The notes: a model not told the origin generated them from the letters alone. DNA of 64,000 nt from an uncultured Chloroflexia bacterium (GCA_963780865.1 CAWADT010000022.1:79499-143498); one strand, 5' to 3'; numbered from the stretch's first letter, positions 48,116 to 57,898 are shown. A program made the numbers and translations.

Positions 48116-50194
48116 ATGAAGGAATATGCGACCGATGCCATCCGCAACATCGCACTGATCGGACACGGCAGCGCGGGCAAGACCACCCTGGTCGAGGCCT
48201 TCCTGCATTTTACCGGCGCCTCCACTAGGCTTGGCAAAATCGAAGACGGCACGACGGTTTCCGACTACGAAGAAGAAGAAGTCCGGCGCAGAATTTCCCT
48301 CTCCACTTCGGTCATCCCGATCGAATTCCAGGATTGCAAAATCAACTTATTGGACACCCCCGGTTTTCCGGATTTCATCGGCGAGGTGATCTCCGCGCTG
48401 CGCGTGGCCAGCGGCGCGATGGTTCTGCTGGACGCGGTGGCCGGCGTGGAAGTGGGCACCGAAATCACCTGGCAGCATTGCGAGGATTTTCACCTCCCGC
48501 GCTTTGTGGTGATCGCCAAGATGGATCGCGAGAACGCCGACTACGAACGGGTGCTGGAGAGCGCGAAAAACCTCCCGGGCGCCAAACTCGTTCCGGTTCA
48601 GCTTCCCATCGGTCAAGGCCAGCATTTCAAGGGCGTCATCGACCTGATGGCGATGAAGGCCCGCCTGGGAAACGGCAAGGAAGCGACGGATATCCCGGCC
48701 GACATGAAAGCGGCGGCCGAGGAAGCCCGCGTGGCGCTGATGGAAGCGGCGGCGGAGGGCGAAGACGAACTCCTTGAAAAATATCTGGGCGGTACCGAGC
48801 TGACCCAGGAGGAAATGATCCGCGGGTTGCGCCAGGCGGTGTGGAACAGCGTCTGCATGCCGGTCTTCGCCTGCGCCGGATCGACCGAGGTGGGGATCGA
48901 GCCGCTGTTGTATGGGGCAACCAAACTGATCCCCTCGCCCTCCGAGTCGCCCAAGACGGAAGCGGAAGGGAAAGGCGGCAAGGAGGAACTGGCCTGCTCC
49001 GACGCCGGTCCGCTCGCCGTGTACATCTGGAAAACCACCGCCGATCCGTTTGTGGGCAAGCAGACCTACTTCCGCGTATATTCCGGCACGCTCAGCTCGG
49101 ATACGCGCGTGTGGAATTCCAAGAAGTCGGCGGAAGAGCGCCTGGGAACGCTGTCCGTCCCGCGCGGGAAGGAAACGCTGCCGATCAAGGCCGCGCACGC
49201 CGGAGACATCGGCATCGTCCCCAAACTTTCCGTCACCGTCACCGGCGATACGCTGTGCGATAAGGGACATCCCCTAACCCTGCCGGCTCCGATATTTCCG
49301 ACGGCTCTGTATGCGGTGGCCGTAACCCCCAAGACCCAGGCCGACGCGGCCAAGATTTCGCCCACCCTCACCCGGTTGTGCGAGGAAGACATGACGCTTT
49401 CCTGGCACAACGACCCCAACACGCTGCAGACAATCCTGCAGGGAATGGGCGATCAGCATATCGACGTGGCCATCCGGCGCGCGGAATCCAAATTCCAGGT
49501 GGGGCTGCACATCGAGCTGCCGCGCGTACCCTATCGCGAGTCGATCACCAAACCCAACAGCGCCATGTACCGTCACAAGAAGCAGACCGGCGGATCCGGG
49601 CAATTCGGCGAAGTGCACCTGCGGGTGGAACCGCTGGGGACAGCCGATTTCGAATTCGAGAACGAGGTGGTTGGGGGAGCTATCTCCGGCTCCTACATGT
49701 CGGCCATCGAAAAGGGGGTGCGTTCGGTGATGCAGCACGGTGCGGTGGCCGGCTACCCGATGGAAAAAATCAGGGTCGCGGTTTTCGACGGCAAGGAACA
49801 TCCGGTGGATTCCAAACCGGTGGCGTTTGAGATCGCCGGGCGCGAGGCTTTCAAACTTGCGGTGCATGGCGCCAGCCCGGTGCTGCTCGAGCCGATCATG
49901 AACATCCATGTCGTCGTCCCTGAAGACCATATGGGCGATGTCCTGGGGGATCTCAATACCCGCCGCGCGCGCGTTCAGGGGATGGACAACGAAAACGGCA
50001 AGAGCATCGTCAACGCCACCATTCCGCTGGCGGAAATTCAGCGCTATACAACCGACCTGCGTTCCATTACCGGCGGACGCGGTTATTTCACCATGACCCT
50101 GGACCATTACGAAGTGATGCCGAGAGCCGTGGCCGATCAGGTCATCGCCGCCCACCAGAAAGACCTCGCCGGCAAGACCGAGGAAGAAGAATAA
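48116..50194 (+). CDS. Elongation factor G paralog (EF-G2-like translational GTPase)
   Basis: 692 aa from MKEYATDAIRNIALIGHGSAGKTTLVEAFL. G3 is DTPGFPDF and G4 is AKMD instead of NKxD. Domains II-V are recognisable (e.g. GDTL, HPVDS, RRARVQGM). The 64 upstream codons of the track ORF cover repeat DNA. Confidence 0.88.
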   Translation: MKEYATDAIRNIALIGHGSAGKTTLVEAFLHFTGASTRLGKIEDGTTVSDYEEEEVRRRISLSTSVIPIEFQDCKINLLDTPGFPDFIGEVISALRVASGAMVLLDAVAGVEVGTEITWQHCEDFHLPRFVVIAKMDRENADYERVLESAKNLPGAKLVPVQLPIGQGQHFKGVIDLMAMKARLGNGKEATDIPADMKAAAEEARVALMEAAAEGEDELLEKYLGGTELTQEEMIRGLRQAVWNSVCMPVFACAGSTEVGIEPLLYGATKLIPSPSESPKTEAEGKGGKEELACSDAGPLAVYIWKTTADPFVGKQTYFRVYSGTLSSDTRVWNSKKSAEERLGTLSVPRGKETLPIKAAHAGDIGIVPKLSVTVTGDTLCDKGHPLTLPAPIFPTALYAVAVTPKTQADAAKISPTLTRLCEEDMTLSWHNDPNTLQTILQGMGDQHIDVAIRRAESKFQVGLHIELPRVPYRESITKPNSAMYRHKKQTGGSGQFGEVHLRVEPLGTADFEFENEVVGGAISGSYMSAIEKGVRSVMQHGAVAGYPMEKIRVAVFDGKEHPVDSKPVAFEIAGREAFKLAVHGASPVLLEPIMNIHVVVPEDHMGDVLGDLNTRRARVQGMDNENGKSIVNATIPLAEIQRYTTDLRSITGGRGYFTMTLDHYEVMPRAVADQVIAAHQKDLAGKTEEEE

Positions 50195-50213
50195 ATCACC
50201 CATCCTTTTAAAC

Positions 50214-50240
50214 AAGCCGCCGCAAGGCGGCTTTTTTGTT
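50214..50240 (+). terminator. Rho-independent terminator after the EF-G paralog
   Basis: cAAGCCGCC-gcaa-GGCGGCTTttttgtt. Confidence 0.85.
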
Positions 50241-50306
50241 CGCCCCGCAAACATGAAGCCACTATTGCTTCCGCAGGAAGGAAAATGGCTTTAGCAAAAA
50301 TTTTTC

Positions 50307-50461
50307 GTCATGCCCGAGCCTGCCCTCGCGCCGGCCCCCCGAGCGATGAGCATCGGTGACCCTTCGATGCGAAGAATTCGTGAGTGGGGGGAGCATTCCC
50401 ACTCGAATCTGGTTGTTGAGTGGGAATGAATGCGAAGCGAGGGTGATTATATCGGGCATCC
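50307..50461. repeat. 155-bp expanded member of hairpin family F (gtcatgcccgag ... atcgggcatcc) carrying an internal inverted copy of the 95-bp element
   Basis: The outer arms are identical to the 40-bp tandem units. The inner sequence ...gggaatgaatgcgaagcgagggtg is the reverse complement of the caccctcgct(t/a)cgcattcat block at 50897 and 54722. Confidence 0.65.
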
Positions 50462-50706
50462 ATGAAAGCTTGTCATGCCCGAGTGGTCGTATCGGGCATC
50501 CATGAAAGCTTGTCATGCCCGAGTGGTCGTATCGGGCATCCACGGGAGCCTGTCATGCCCGAGTAGTCTTATCGGGCATCCACGGGAGCCTATCATGACC
50601 GAGAAGGCGTATCAGGCAGCCATGAGAGCCTGTCATGCCCGAGAAGGCGTATCAGGCAGCCATGAGAGCCTGTCATGCCCGAGTGATTCTATCGGGCATC
50701 CACGCG
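50431..50706 (+). repeat. Tandem array of ~7 units of a 40-bp repeat, each containing the hairpin ATGCCCGA-N9-TCGGGCAT (family F minimal unit)
   Basis: tgtcatgccc recurs at 50471, 50511, 50551, 50631 and 50671, with a degenerate copy at 50591 (tatcatgacc), giving an exact 40-bp period. Units differ in the 7-8-nt loop and the 9-nt linker. Confidence 0.9.
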
Positions 50707-50878
50707 TTTTATTTTCTTGACAAAATGTTGATTTTGGATTCCCGCCCCCCGAGAAACCCACTCGAGGGCAGGCTAATCCACGCGGGAATGACGAACACCC
50801 TTCAGATAAGTTCGTCCCGGATGAATGATCGAATTGGGCATCCATGGGGAAGAAATATCTTCCATTATTGCTGGTGTT

Positions 50879-50973
50879 GGATTCCCGCCAAGGACACCCT
50901 CGCTACGCATTCATCCCGGCTCATGAACCAGACGCGAGTCGGGATGCTTTGCGAGGGCTGGCGCAGGAATGAC
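50879..50973 (+). repeat. 95-bp palindromic element (ggattcccgcc...caccctcgctacgcattcatcccggctcatgaacca...gcgagggctggcgcaggaatgac)
   Basis: ~85% identical to 54706-54800. Confidence 0.8.
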
Positions 50974-51054
50974 GATCTCCAGGATAAGGTTGTTCGTTAC
51001 GATCATAAAAAAGCCGCGTTTACCCGATTCGGAACCCCGCATATAATCTGTGGC

Positions 51055-52230
51055 ATGGCAAACCGCGTAAGAGAGTTCGCCCTGCTCGGATTGTCACTCC
51101 TGCTTGGCATTGTCCTTGGCGTCCTGCTGTTGGAATTGGTTTTCCGTTCCAACACTACACTTCTACCGCGCGGCATGGCCGCGCCGCTGCCGGTGGACGC
51201 GCCCCTGGCCGACCGCGAGTACGAGATCCACTCTTCGGACGCGGACATCTTTTATTGGGAAGCCTCGCTCGTCCGGCCGCCCGCGGAAAACCAACTGGAA
51301 GCCAGGGTAAGGTGGCGCACCGACGAGTTCGGGTTCCCCAATCCGGCTCCCGTCCCCCCCATGGTGGATCTGGTTATCCTTGGACGGTCCTACGCGATGG
51401 GGGCCCAGGCGCAAAATCCCTGGCCGGATATTCTTCGCACCGAAGCGGGATTGCGCGTGCTCAATCTCTCCCAGACCGGCGCCGGTCTGGGGCAGAAATG
51501 GGATTTTTTCCGGCGCTTCGGACTCCCCCGCCAACCCCGATTCGTCGTCATTGAAATCCTGCCGCCGATGGATATCCTCCAGTACGGCGGTGCCGAACCC
51601 ATGGTGGTCGAGCGGGTGGCATTTCCACTCGCCCAAAGCGTCCTGCGCAAGCTATTCCCGCCAGAGGCAACGCAGGATGCGGGCGGATATATCTACCCGC
51701 TTCCATTGGAGTTCGACGGCGGCGGCACGCAGGCCGTTTTTTACTCCCGCTATCTCTCGGCCTTGACGCTTTCGGCGGAGGATTGGGCCGGCAGCGAGGA
51801 TTGGAAAAATTTTAGCGCCGATTTGACCAGCATGATTTCAACGATCCGGCGGGATGGGATCGTGCCGATCCTCCTTTTCGTTCCAACCAAAGAGACCGTC
51901 TACGTTCCCCGGTTGAGATCCGCCTCGATCCTGGAACCCGCGCTGGCCAGCGCCGGTTCCTGGAAACGGACGGGCGGGAAATTGCAGTGGAGCGCGCAAG
52001 AAACGGACGCCGGAGTAGTTCAGGCCGACGCGCCTTCCGCGGAAGGCCTGATCAAGGAATTGGCTCTCGGCCAATCCCTTTGCCTGGTGGATCCGACGGA
52101 CGCGTTCTGGCAATCGATTCAGAACGGCGCCGATCCGTTTATGCGCTACGACACGCATTGGAGCGCAGTCGGGCACGAACTGGTGGCGGACGGGATCCTG
52201 GCCGTTCTCCATTCGGGGATGTGCACTTAA
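51055..52230 (+). CDS. AlgJ/AlgX-like (DHHW-type SGNH) polysaccharide O-acetyltransferase, N-terminal membrane anchor
   Basis: 391 aa from MANRVREFALLGLSLLLGIVLGVLLLELVF, with the C-terminal motif FMRYDTHWS. It is the partner of the adjacent MBOAT. The 140 upstream codons of the track ORF are repeat DNA. A TATAAT at 51042-47 lies only 7 nt upstream of the ATG. Confidence 0.75.
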   Translation: MANRVREFALLGLSLLLGIVLGVLLLELVFRSNTTLLPRGMAAPLPVDAPLADREYEIHSSDADIFYWEASLVRPPAENQLEARVRWRTDEFGFPNPAPVPPMVDLVILGRSYAMGAQAQNPWPDILRTEAGLRVLNLSQTGAGLGQKWDFFRRFGLPRQPRFVVIEILPPMDILQYGGAEPMVVERVAFPLAQSVLRKLFPPEATQDAGGYIYPLPLEFDGGGTQAVFYSRYLSALTLSAEDWAGSEDWKNFSADLTSMISTIRRDGIVPILLFVPTKETVYVPRLRSASILEPALASAGSWKRTGGKLQWSAQETDAGVVQADAPSAEGLIKELALGQSLCLVDPTDAFWQSIQNGADPFMRYDTHWSAVGHELVADGILAVLHSGMCT

Positions 52231-53665
52231 TGACCCTCTCTTCGCCGATATATCTTTTATTCCTCGGAATCGTCTGGCTGGCCGTGCGTTTCCTTCCCGG
52301 CGCCCGGGCGAAAAAATATTCCTTGCTGGCGGCGAGCCTTGTTTTCTACGCGCTGCTCGACCTGCGGTATTTGGCGCTGCTGCTCTTAGTGGCCATCGTC
52401 GCCTACGGATTGGGATTGGGCATCGGGCGCGGATGGAAGGCGGGAGTGTGCGCGGGGATCGGCATTGCATTCGCTCTCTTCGTCCTCGCAGCGTATAAAT
52501 ATTCCGCCCTATGGCTGCCGGTCGTTACTCGAATTCCGCTGCCCGGGTTCAGCCGGGATCGGTTCGATCCCATGGGATGGCTTCTCCCGGTGGGAATTTC
52601 GTTTTATACCTTCCAGGCGATTTCTTATCTCATCGATATATCCCGCGGCCGGGTAAAACCTGTCCGGGAGATCGCGGATTTCGGTTTGTATTTGATCTTT
52701 TTCCCGAAGATCATCGCCGGCCCGATCGTGCGGCCCACTGACTTCTTCCGGGATATCGCGCCGGGCCCGCAGCCGGCCGGGCGCAAAGACCTCGCGGGGA
52801 TTTTCTCCCTGTTCCTCCGCGGCCTGTTCAAAAAAGTGGTCATTGCGGATTCACTGGCCGGCCTGGCCGGGATCGGATTTCAGGCGGCGGCGATGCCGTC
52901 GGCCTCGGTTTTCGCGGCACCGATCTATTGGCGGAGTTTCTACCTGTTCGCCATTCAGATTTACGCCGATTTTTCCGGATACACCGACATCGCCCGCGCC
53001 TCCGCCAGGCTCCTGGGGATCCGGCTACCGGAAAATTTCAGCTACCCGTACTTCGCCACGTCGATCACGGAGTTCTGGAATCGCTGGCACATGAGCCTGA
53101 CCCAATGGTTCCGGGAGTACGTTTTCTTCCCGTTGAACCGGACGCTGCAGAGGTCTTTTCGCAAAGTCGGTTCGGCAATTCTTCAGGCCGCGACGAATGT
53201 TTTCACCATGCTGCTGATCGGGCTTTGGCACGGCGCGGGCCTCACCTTTCTGGCCTGGGGGTTGTGGCACGGCGTTCTCCTCAGCGCCGAGAAATTCTGG
53301 AATCGAAAACCGGGTTCGGCGGGATGGAAGATTTTTCGGGGCTGATCGCATTCCATTTGGTCGCCGTGGGTTGGGTTCTCTTTCGATCCGATTCCCTTCC
53401 GGCCGCGATGCGATTTTTTGCGGGAATGGCGGCGGGCGGACAATGGTTCCTGCTGGGGGAGTGTGTCCTGTCCGTTGCGGCCGCGGGGATGGCCCTCGCC
53501 CTGACCGACGCGCCCGGGTTTGGTTTTCTTCCGCCTGCTTTGCTTTCCTCAAGGATCGTCCGGGTACTCGTTTCCACGGCCGCTGTGCTCTCCATCGGCG
53601 TCATTTGGATTTTGGGATGGGCAACTGGCGGAGCCAGCCTGCCGTTCATCTACGGAAGCTTCTGA
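52230..53665 (+). CDS. MBOAT-family (AlgI/DltB-like) membrane O-acyltransferase, apparent -1 frameshift near 53306-53310
   Basis: The start overlaps the upstream stop (TAATG). It has FYTFQAISYLIDI, EFWNRWHMSLTQWFREYVFFP and the catalytic-His region LIGLWHGAG. The reading frame continues in track ORF 52928..53665 (...GLIAFHLVAVGWVLFRSDSL...) if one A is added to the A4 run cgaaaacc. Confidence 0.8.
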
Positions 53666-53795
53666 ACGGCAGCTTGGACTGAGCGGCCGTTTTCCACATC
53701 ACAAAAAACGGGCAAGGGGAAACACCATTCCCCTCCGCCCTTCCTTATAAAATGGTCGACGCAATTTATAATGGGCTGAAAACCAAGGAGCGTTT

Positions 53796-54584
53796 ATGCC
53801 CGAAAATCCGTCTTCCCTTTCCGATGCGTCCATCCCCGAACGCGCTGTGGCCAAAGTCGACCCGCACGCCGAACCGCCCGCGCCAAAAAGCGTGATGACG
53901 ATCAACGCGCACCCCGACGACCAGGAATTCACGGTCGCCGGGACGCTCGCCAAATGGGCCCGCGCCGGGTGCGCCGTCATCGCGGTGTGCGTCACCGACG
54001 GCAACTCGGGCAGCAACGATCCGGCCAAAGGAATCGGCTACAAGCCCGAGCTGGCCCGCCTGCGCCAGGGTGAGCAGCGCGAGGCGGGGGCGGTGATCGG
54101 CGTGAAGGAGACAGTCTTCCTGCATCAGCCGGACGGGGAGCTGCAGCCCACGCTTGCGCTGCGCCGTGACCTGACCCGACTGATACGGAAATACAAACCC
54201 GAGGCGGTGATCTGCGGCGATCCGACGGCGCGGTTCTATGGAAATTCCTATATGAACCATCCCGATCACCGCGCCGCCGCCGACGCCGCCTGCGACGCGG
54301 TGTTTCCTTCGGCCGGAACGCGCCTGATCTTTCCGGAGCTGCTCGCCGAAGGCTTTCCGCCGCACAACGTGAAACGCCTATACCTTCATGGGTCCGAAAA
54401 ACCGGACGCCTGGATCGACATCACCGCGACCATCGACGTGAAAATCCGCGCGCTGCGCTGCCACCGCTCGCAAGTGGGCGAGGGAGAAGATCTTGACCGA
54501 AGGATGCGCGAGTGGGCGGAAGAGGACGGATCGCCGCGCGGGATGAAATACGCCGAGGCGTTCCGCGTGATGGTGTTGGAGTGA
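53796..54584 (+). CDS. PIG-L/LmbE-family N-acetylglucosaminyl deacetylase
   Basis: 262 aa with MTINAHPDDQEF, VTDGNSGS and NHPDHRAAADA zinc-site motifs. AAGGAG RBS. Confidence 0.88.
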   Translation: MPENPSSLSDASIPERAVAKVDPHAEPPAPKSVMTINAHPDDQEFTVAGTLAKWARAGCAVIAVCVTDGNSGSNDPAKGIGYKPELARLRQGEQREAGAVIGVKETVFLHQPDGELQPTLALRRDLTRLIRKYKPEAVICGDPTARFYGNSYMNHPDHRAAADAACDAVFPSAGTRLIFPELLAEGFPPHNVKRLYLHGSEKPDAWIDITATIDVKIRALRCHRSQVGEGEDLDRRMREWAEEDGSPRGMKYAEAFRVMVLE

Positions 54585-54593
54585 AAAAGAGTG

Positions 54594-54669
54594 GTCATCA
54601 AGCCCGCGTGCATTAAGCGGGCATCCAGGAATTGTGTTCGTCATGCCCGCGTGTACCTAGCGGGCATCC
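54594..54669 (+). repeat. Two more minimal family-F hairpins (gtcatcaagcccgcg...gcgggcatcc and gtcatgcccgcgtgtacctagcgggcatcc)
   Basis: They have the same gtcatgcc / ggcatcc arms as the 50431-50706 array, with a G/C-swapped stem (CCCGC/GCGGG instead of CCCGA/TCGGG). Confidence 0.7.
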
Positions 54670-54705
54670 AGAAGAAGAGTGATTGATGCTTGCAAAGCAT
54701 GGACT

Positions 54706-54800
54706 GGATCCCCGCTTAGAACACCCTCGCTTCGCATTCATCCCGGCTCATGAACCAAACTCGAGCCGAGATGCTGCGCGAGGGCAGGCGCGGGGATGAC
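54706..54800 (+). repeat. 95-bp palindromic element, second copy
   Basis: ggatccccgcttagaacaccctcgcttcgcattcatcccggctcatgaaccaaactcgagccgagatgctgcgcgagggcaggcgcggggatgac. Confidence 0.8.
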
Positions 54801-54927
54801 ATCGGTCTATCCGATGATCGATACCATCATGGGACCGAGTCGGCCTCGCATAGAGTTCGACGCGGCTTGCTCTGGGAAATAAACGCTTTTATGATATTCC
54901 GAATGTATCGTTGAACCCGTGGGTTAA

Positions 54928-54974
54928 CCCCTCCCCTATCCCCTCCCGAAATTGGGGAGGGGATAGGGGAGGGG
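54928..54974. repeat. Perfect 20-bp-stem palindrome, family C (CCCCTCCCCTATCCCCTCCC-gaaatt-GGGGAGGGGATAGGGGAGGG)
   Basis: Ends 13 nt upstream of the clpB ATG. Confidence 0.85.
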
Positions 54975-54987
54975 TAATGAGGCCAAT

Positions 54988-57577
54988 ATGAACCTCGACC
55001 GATTTACCGAACGGGCACAGGAAGCGGTTTCCGACGCGCAACAAACCGCGCTGGAATTCCACCATGCCTACATCGAGCCGGCCCACATTCTTCGGGCGCT
55101 CCTGCATCAGGAGCAGGGCGTAGCCTCGCAAGTGATCTCCGGCGCAGGCGGAAACCCGCAGGCGCTGGAATCCGAGCTGGACAGCGAGCTGAGCGCCATG
55201 CCGAAAGTCGGCGGGGATTCCTCGCAGATCAGCCTATCACGCCAGGGGTCCGAAGCGCTCTCGGCGGCCGAGCGCGAAGCCGCGGCGATGAAGGACGAAT
55301 ACGTCTCCACCGAACACATCCTGCTGGCGCTGGCCGAGACGATGCCGATCCTGCGCAGGCACAACCTCGGGAAGGATCCGTTGCTCAAGGCGCTCGCCGC
55401 CATCCGCGGCAGCCAGCGCGTCACTTCCCAAAATCCGGAAGCCACCTATAACGCGCTCGAAAAATACGGGCGCGATCTCACCGCCATGGCAACGCTGGGC
55501 AAACTCGATCCGGTGATCGGCCGCGACGAAGAGATCCGGCGCGTGATCCAGATTCTTTCGCGGCGGACCAAAAACAACCCGGCGCTGGTGGGTGACCCCG
55601 GTGTGGGCAAGACCGCTATCGCCGAGGGGTTGGCGCAGCGCATCGTGCGCGGCGACGTGCCCGAAGGATTGAAGAACAAACGCCTGATCCAGCTGGACAT
55701 GGGCGCGTTGGTGGCGGGGGCCAAGTTCCGCGGCGAATTCGAGGAGCGGTTGAAGGCGGTATTAAAGGAAGTGACCGAATCCGACGGGCGGGTGATTCTG
55801 TTCGTCGACGAGCTGCACACGGTGGTGGGGGCCGGAGCGGCCGAGGGCGCGATGGACGCGGGCAACATGCTTAAGCCGATGCTGGCCCGCGGCGAACTGC
55901 ATCTGATCGGCGCAACCACCCTTGACGAATATCGCAAATACGTGGAAAAGGACGCCGCCCTCGAGCGCCGCTTCCAGCCGGTGCCGGTGGAGGAGCCGTC
56001 GGTCGAGGATACGGTCTCCATCCTGCGCGGCTTGAAGGAGAAGTACGAACTCCATCATGGAGTGCGCATCACCGACCCGGCCGTGATCGCCGCCGCCACG
56101 CTTTCGCAGCGCTACATCACTGACCGCAGGCTGCCCGATAAGGCCATCGACCTGATCGACGAAGCGGCCGCGCGGATGCGGACCGAGATCGAACTCCAAG
56201 CCCCAGGCGCTGGATACGGTGGACCGGCAGATCATGCAGCTCGAGATCGAGCGCGAGGCGCTGCGAAAAGAGAGCGATAAAGCCAGCCGCGAACGGCTGA
56301 AGGGAATCGAAAAACAGCTCGCCGACCTGGGCGAGGAATCCCACCGCCTGAATGGCCAGTGGCAGAAGGAAAAGCAGGCGATCCTCGCGATGCGCTCGGT
56401 GAAGGAGCAGATCGAACGGGTGAAACTGGAGATCGAGCAGGCCGAGCGGCGCGCCGATCTGGAGGCGGCCGCGCGGCTGCGCTATGGAACGCTGCGCGAT
56501 CTGGAAGCCAAACGCGCCGAGGCCGAAAAGCGGCTGGGCGAAATGAATTCGGGCGGCCCGCGCATGCTCAAGGAAGAAGTGGACGCCGAGGACATTGCCG
56601 CCGTGGTGGCCAAGTGGACCGGCGTGCCGGTGGCGAGGCTGCTGGAGGGGGAGATGGAAAAAATGGTGCACATGGAAGACCGGCTGCACCTGCGCGTGGT
56701 GGGGCAGGACGAGGCGGTGCGGGCGGTTTCCAACGCCGTGCGCCGCGCGCGCGCCGGATTGCAGGATCCCAATCGGCCGCTGGGTTCGTTCATCTTCCTT
56801 GGTCCGACCGGCGTGGGTAAAACGGAACTCGCCCGTACCCTGGCGGAGTTCCTCTTCGACGACGAGCAGGCAATGGTGCGGATCGACATGGGCGAGTATC
56901 AGGAAAAGCACACCGTCTCGCGCCTGATCGGCGCCCCGCCCGGATACCTCGGGTACGAGGAAGGCGGCCAGCTCACCGAAGCCGTGCGCCGGCGCCCGTA
57001 CGCCGTGGTGCTACTGGACGAGATCGAAAAGGCCCACCCGGAAGTGTTCAACGTGCTGCTGCAGCTCCTGGATGACGGGCGGCTGACCGACGGCCAGGGC
57101 CGGACGGTTTCCTTCCGCAACGTGGTCGTGATCATGACCAGCAACCTTGGCGGCGAGTTGTGGCTTGGTGGCGAGACCGTCACCCGCGAAGCGGCGCTGG
57201 AAGTGTTGCAGCGCGCGTTCCGGCCCGAATTCCTCAATCGGGTGGACGAGATCGTGATTTTCCGCCCGCTGGCGAAGGAGCAAATCACGCGCATCGTCGA
57301 TATCCAGCTTAAGCGCGTGGAGAAACTCCTGGCGGACCGCGACATTAGGCTTGAGGTCAAACCGGGCGCGCGCGAATATCTGGCCGAGGCTGGATGGGAT
57401 CCGGCTTACGGCGCGCGTCCCCTGAAACGCGCTATCCAGCGCGAATTGCAGGATCCGCTCGCCATGGAAATATTGCAGGGCGAATTATTACCCGGCATGA
57501 CAGTCCGCGTCGACCGCGGGAAGGAAGGGCTGGCATTCGCCCCCGCGGCCAAAGGCAAAGCGGCAACCGGATCGTAA
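54988..57577 (+). CDS. clpB: ClpB disaggregase (Hsp104/ClpB AAA+ chaperone), apparent +1 frameshift near 56191-56194
   Basis: Track ORFs 54988..56280 and 56219..57577 are the two pieces. It has an N-domain, NBD1 ([10 protein letters not shown]), a coiled-coil M-domain, NBD2 ([10 protein letters not shown]) and [10 protein letters not shown]. Removing one A from gagatcgaactcc gives ...[28 protein letters not shown], the expected ClpB sequence. Confidence 0.92.
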
Positions 57578-57898
57578 CCGGGTTGGGGAATAGATTCGAG
57601 GCCTAAGCCGTTCCTGGTCATGTTAATCTCCATCCCCGGAGATCCGGTTTTGTTCAGCACAAAAATTTTGGAGACAGGCTGACGTTAAAAGATAAAGAAT
57701 ATCCGAAATAAAACTCGCAGGAGAGCATTTATCCCAACCAAAAACACGCTAAAATCCTCTGGCTGCCACGCGCGGCAAGGGGATGGCCAATTAATTAATT
57801 TCCAATTTACGGCCCCTTTACCCGGATCATGGGATGATACCCTCAAGGTTGAGTCCGTCGACCGCATTAGTAACCCCATAAGAAAGGAGGAAAATCCC

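Noticed and set aside
50431-50706. Regular 40-bp tandem repeat considered as a possible CRISPR array
   Set aside because: The variable parts are only 7-9 nt, far too short for spacers. Each unit is itself a hairpin of a dispersed repeat family also found singly at 54594-54669. There are no cas genes and no leader in the window.
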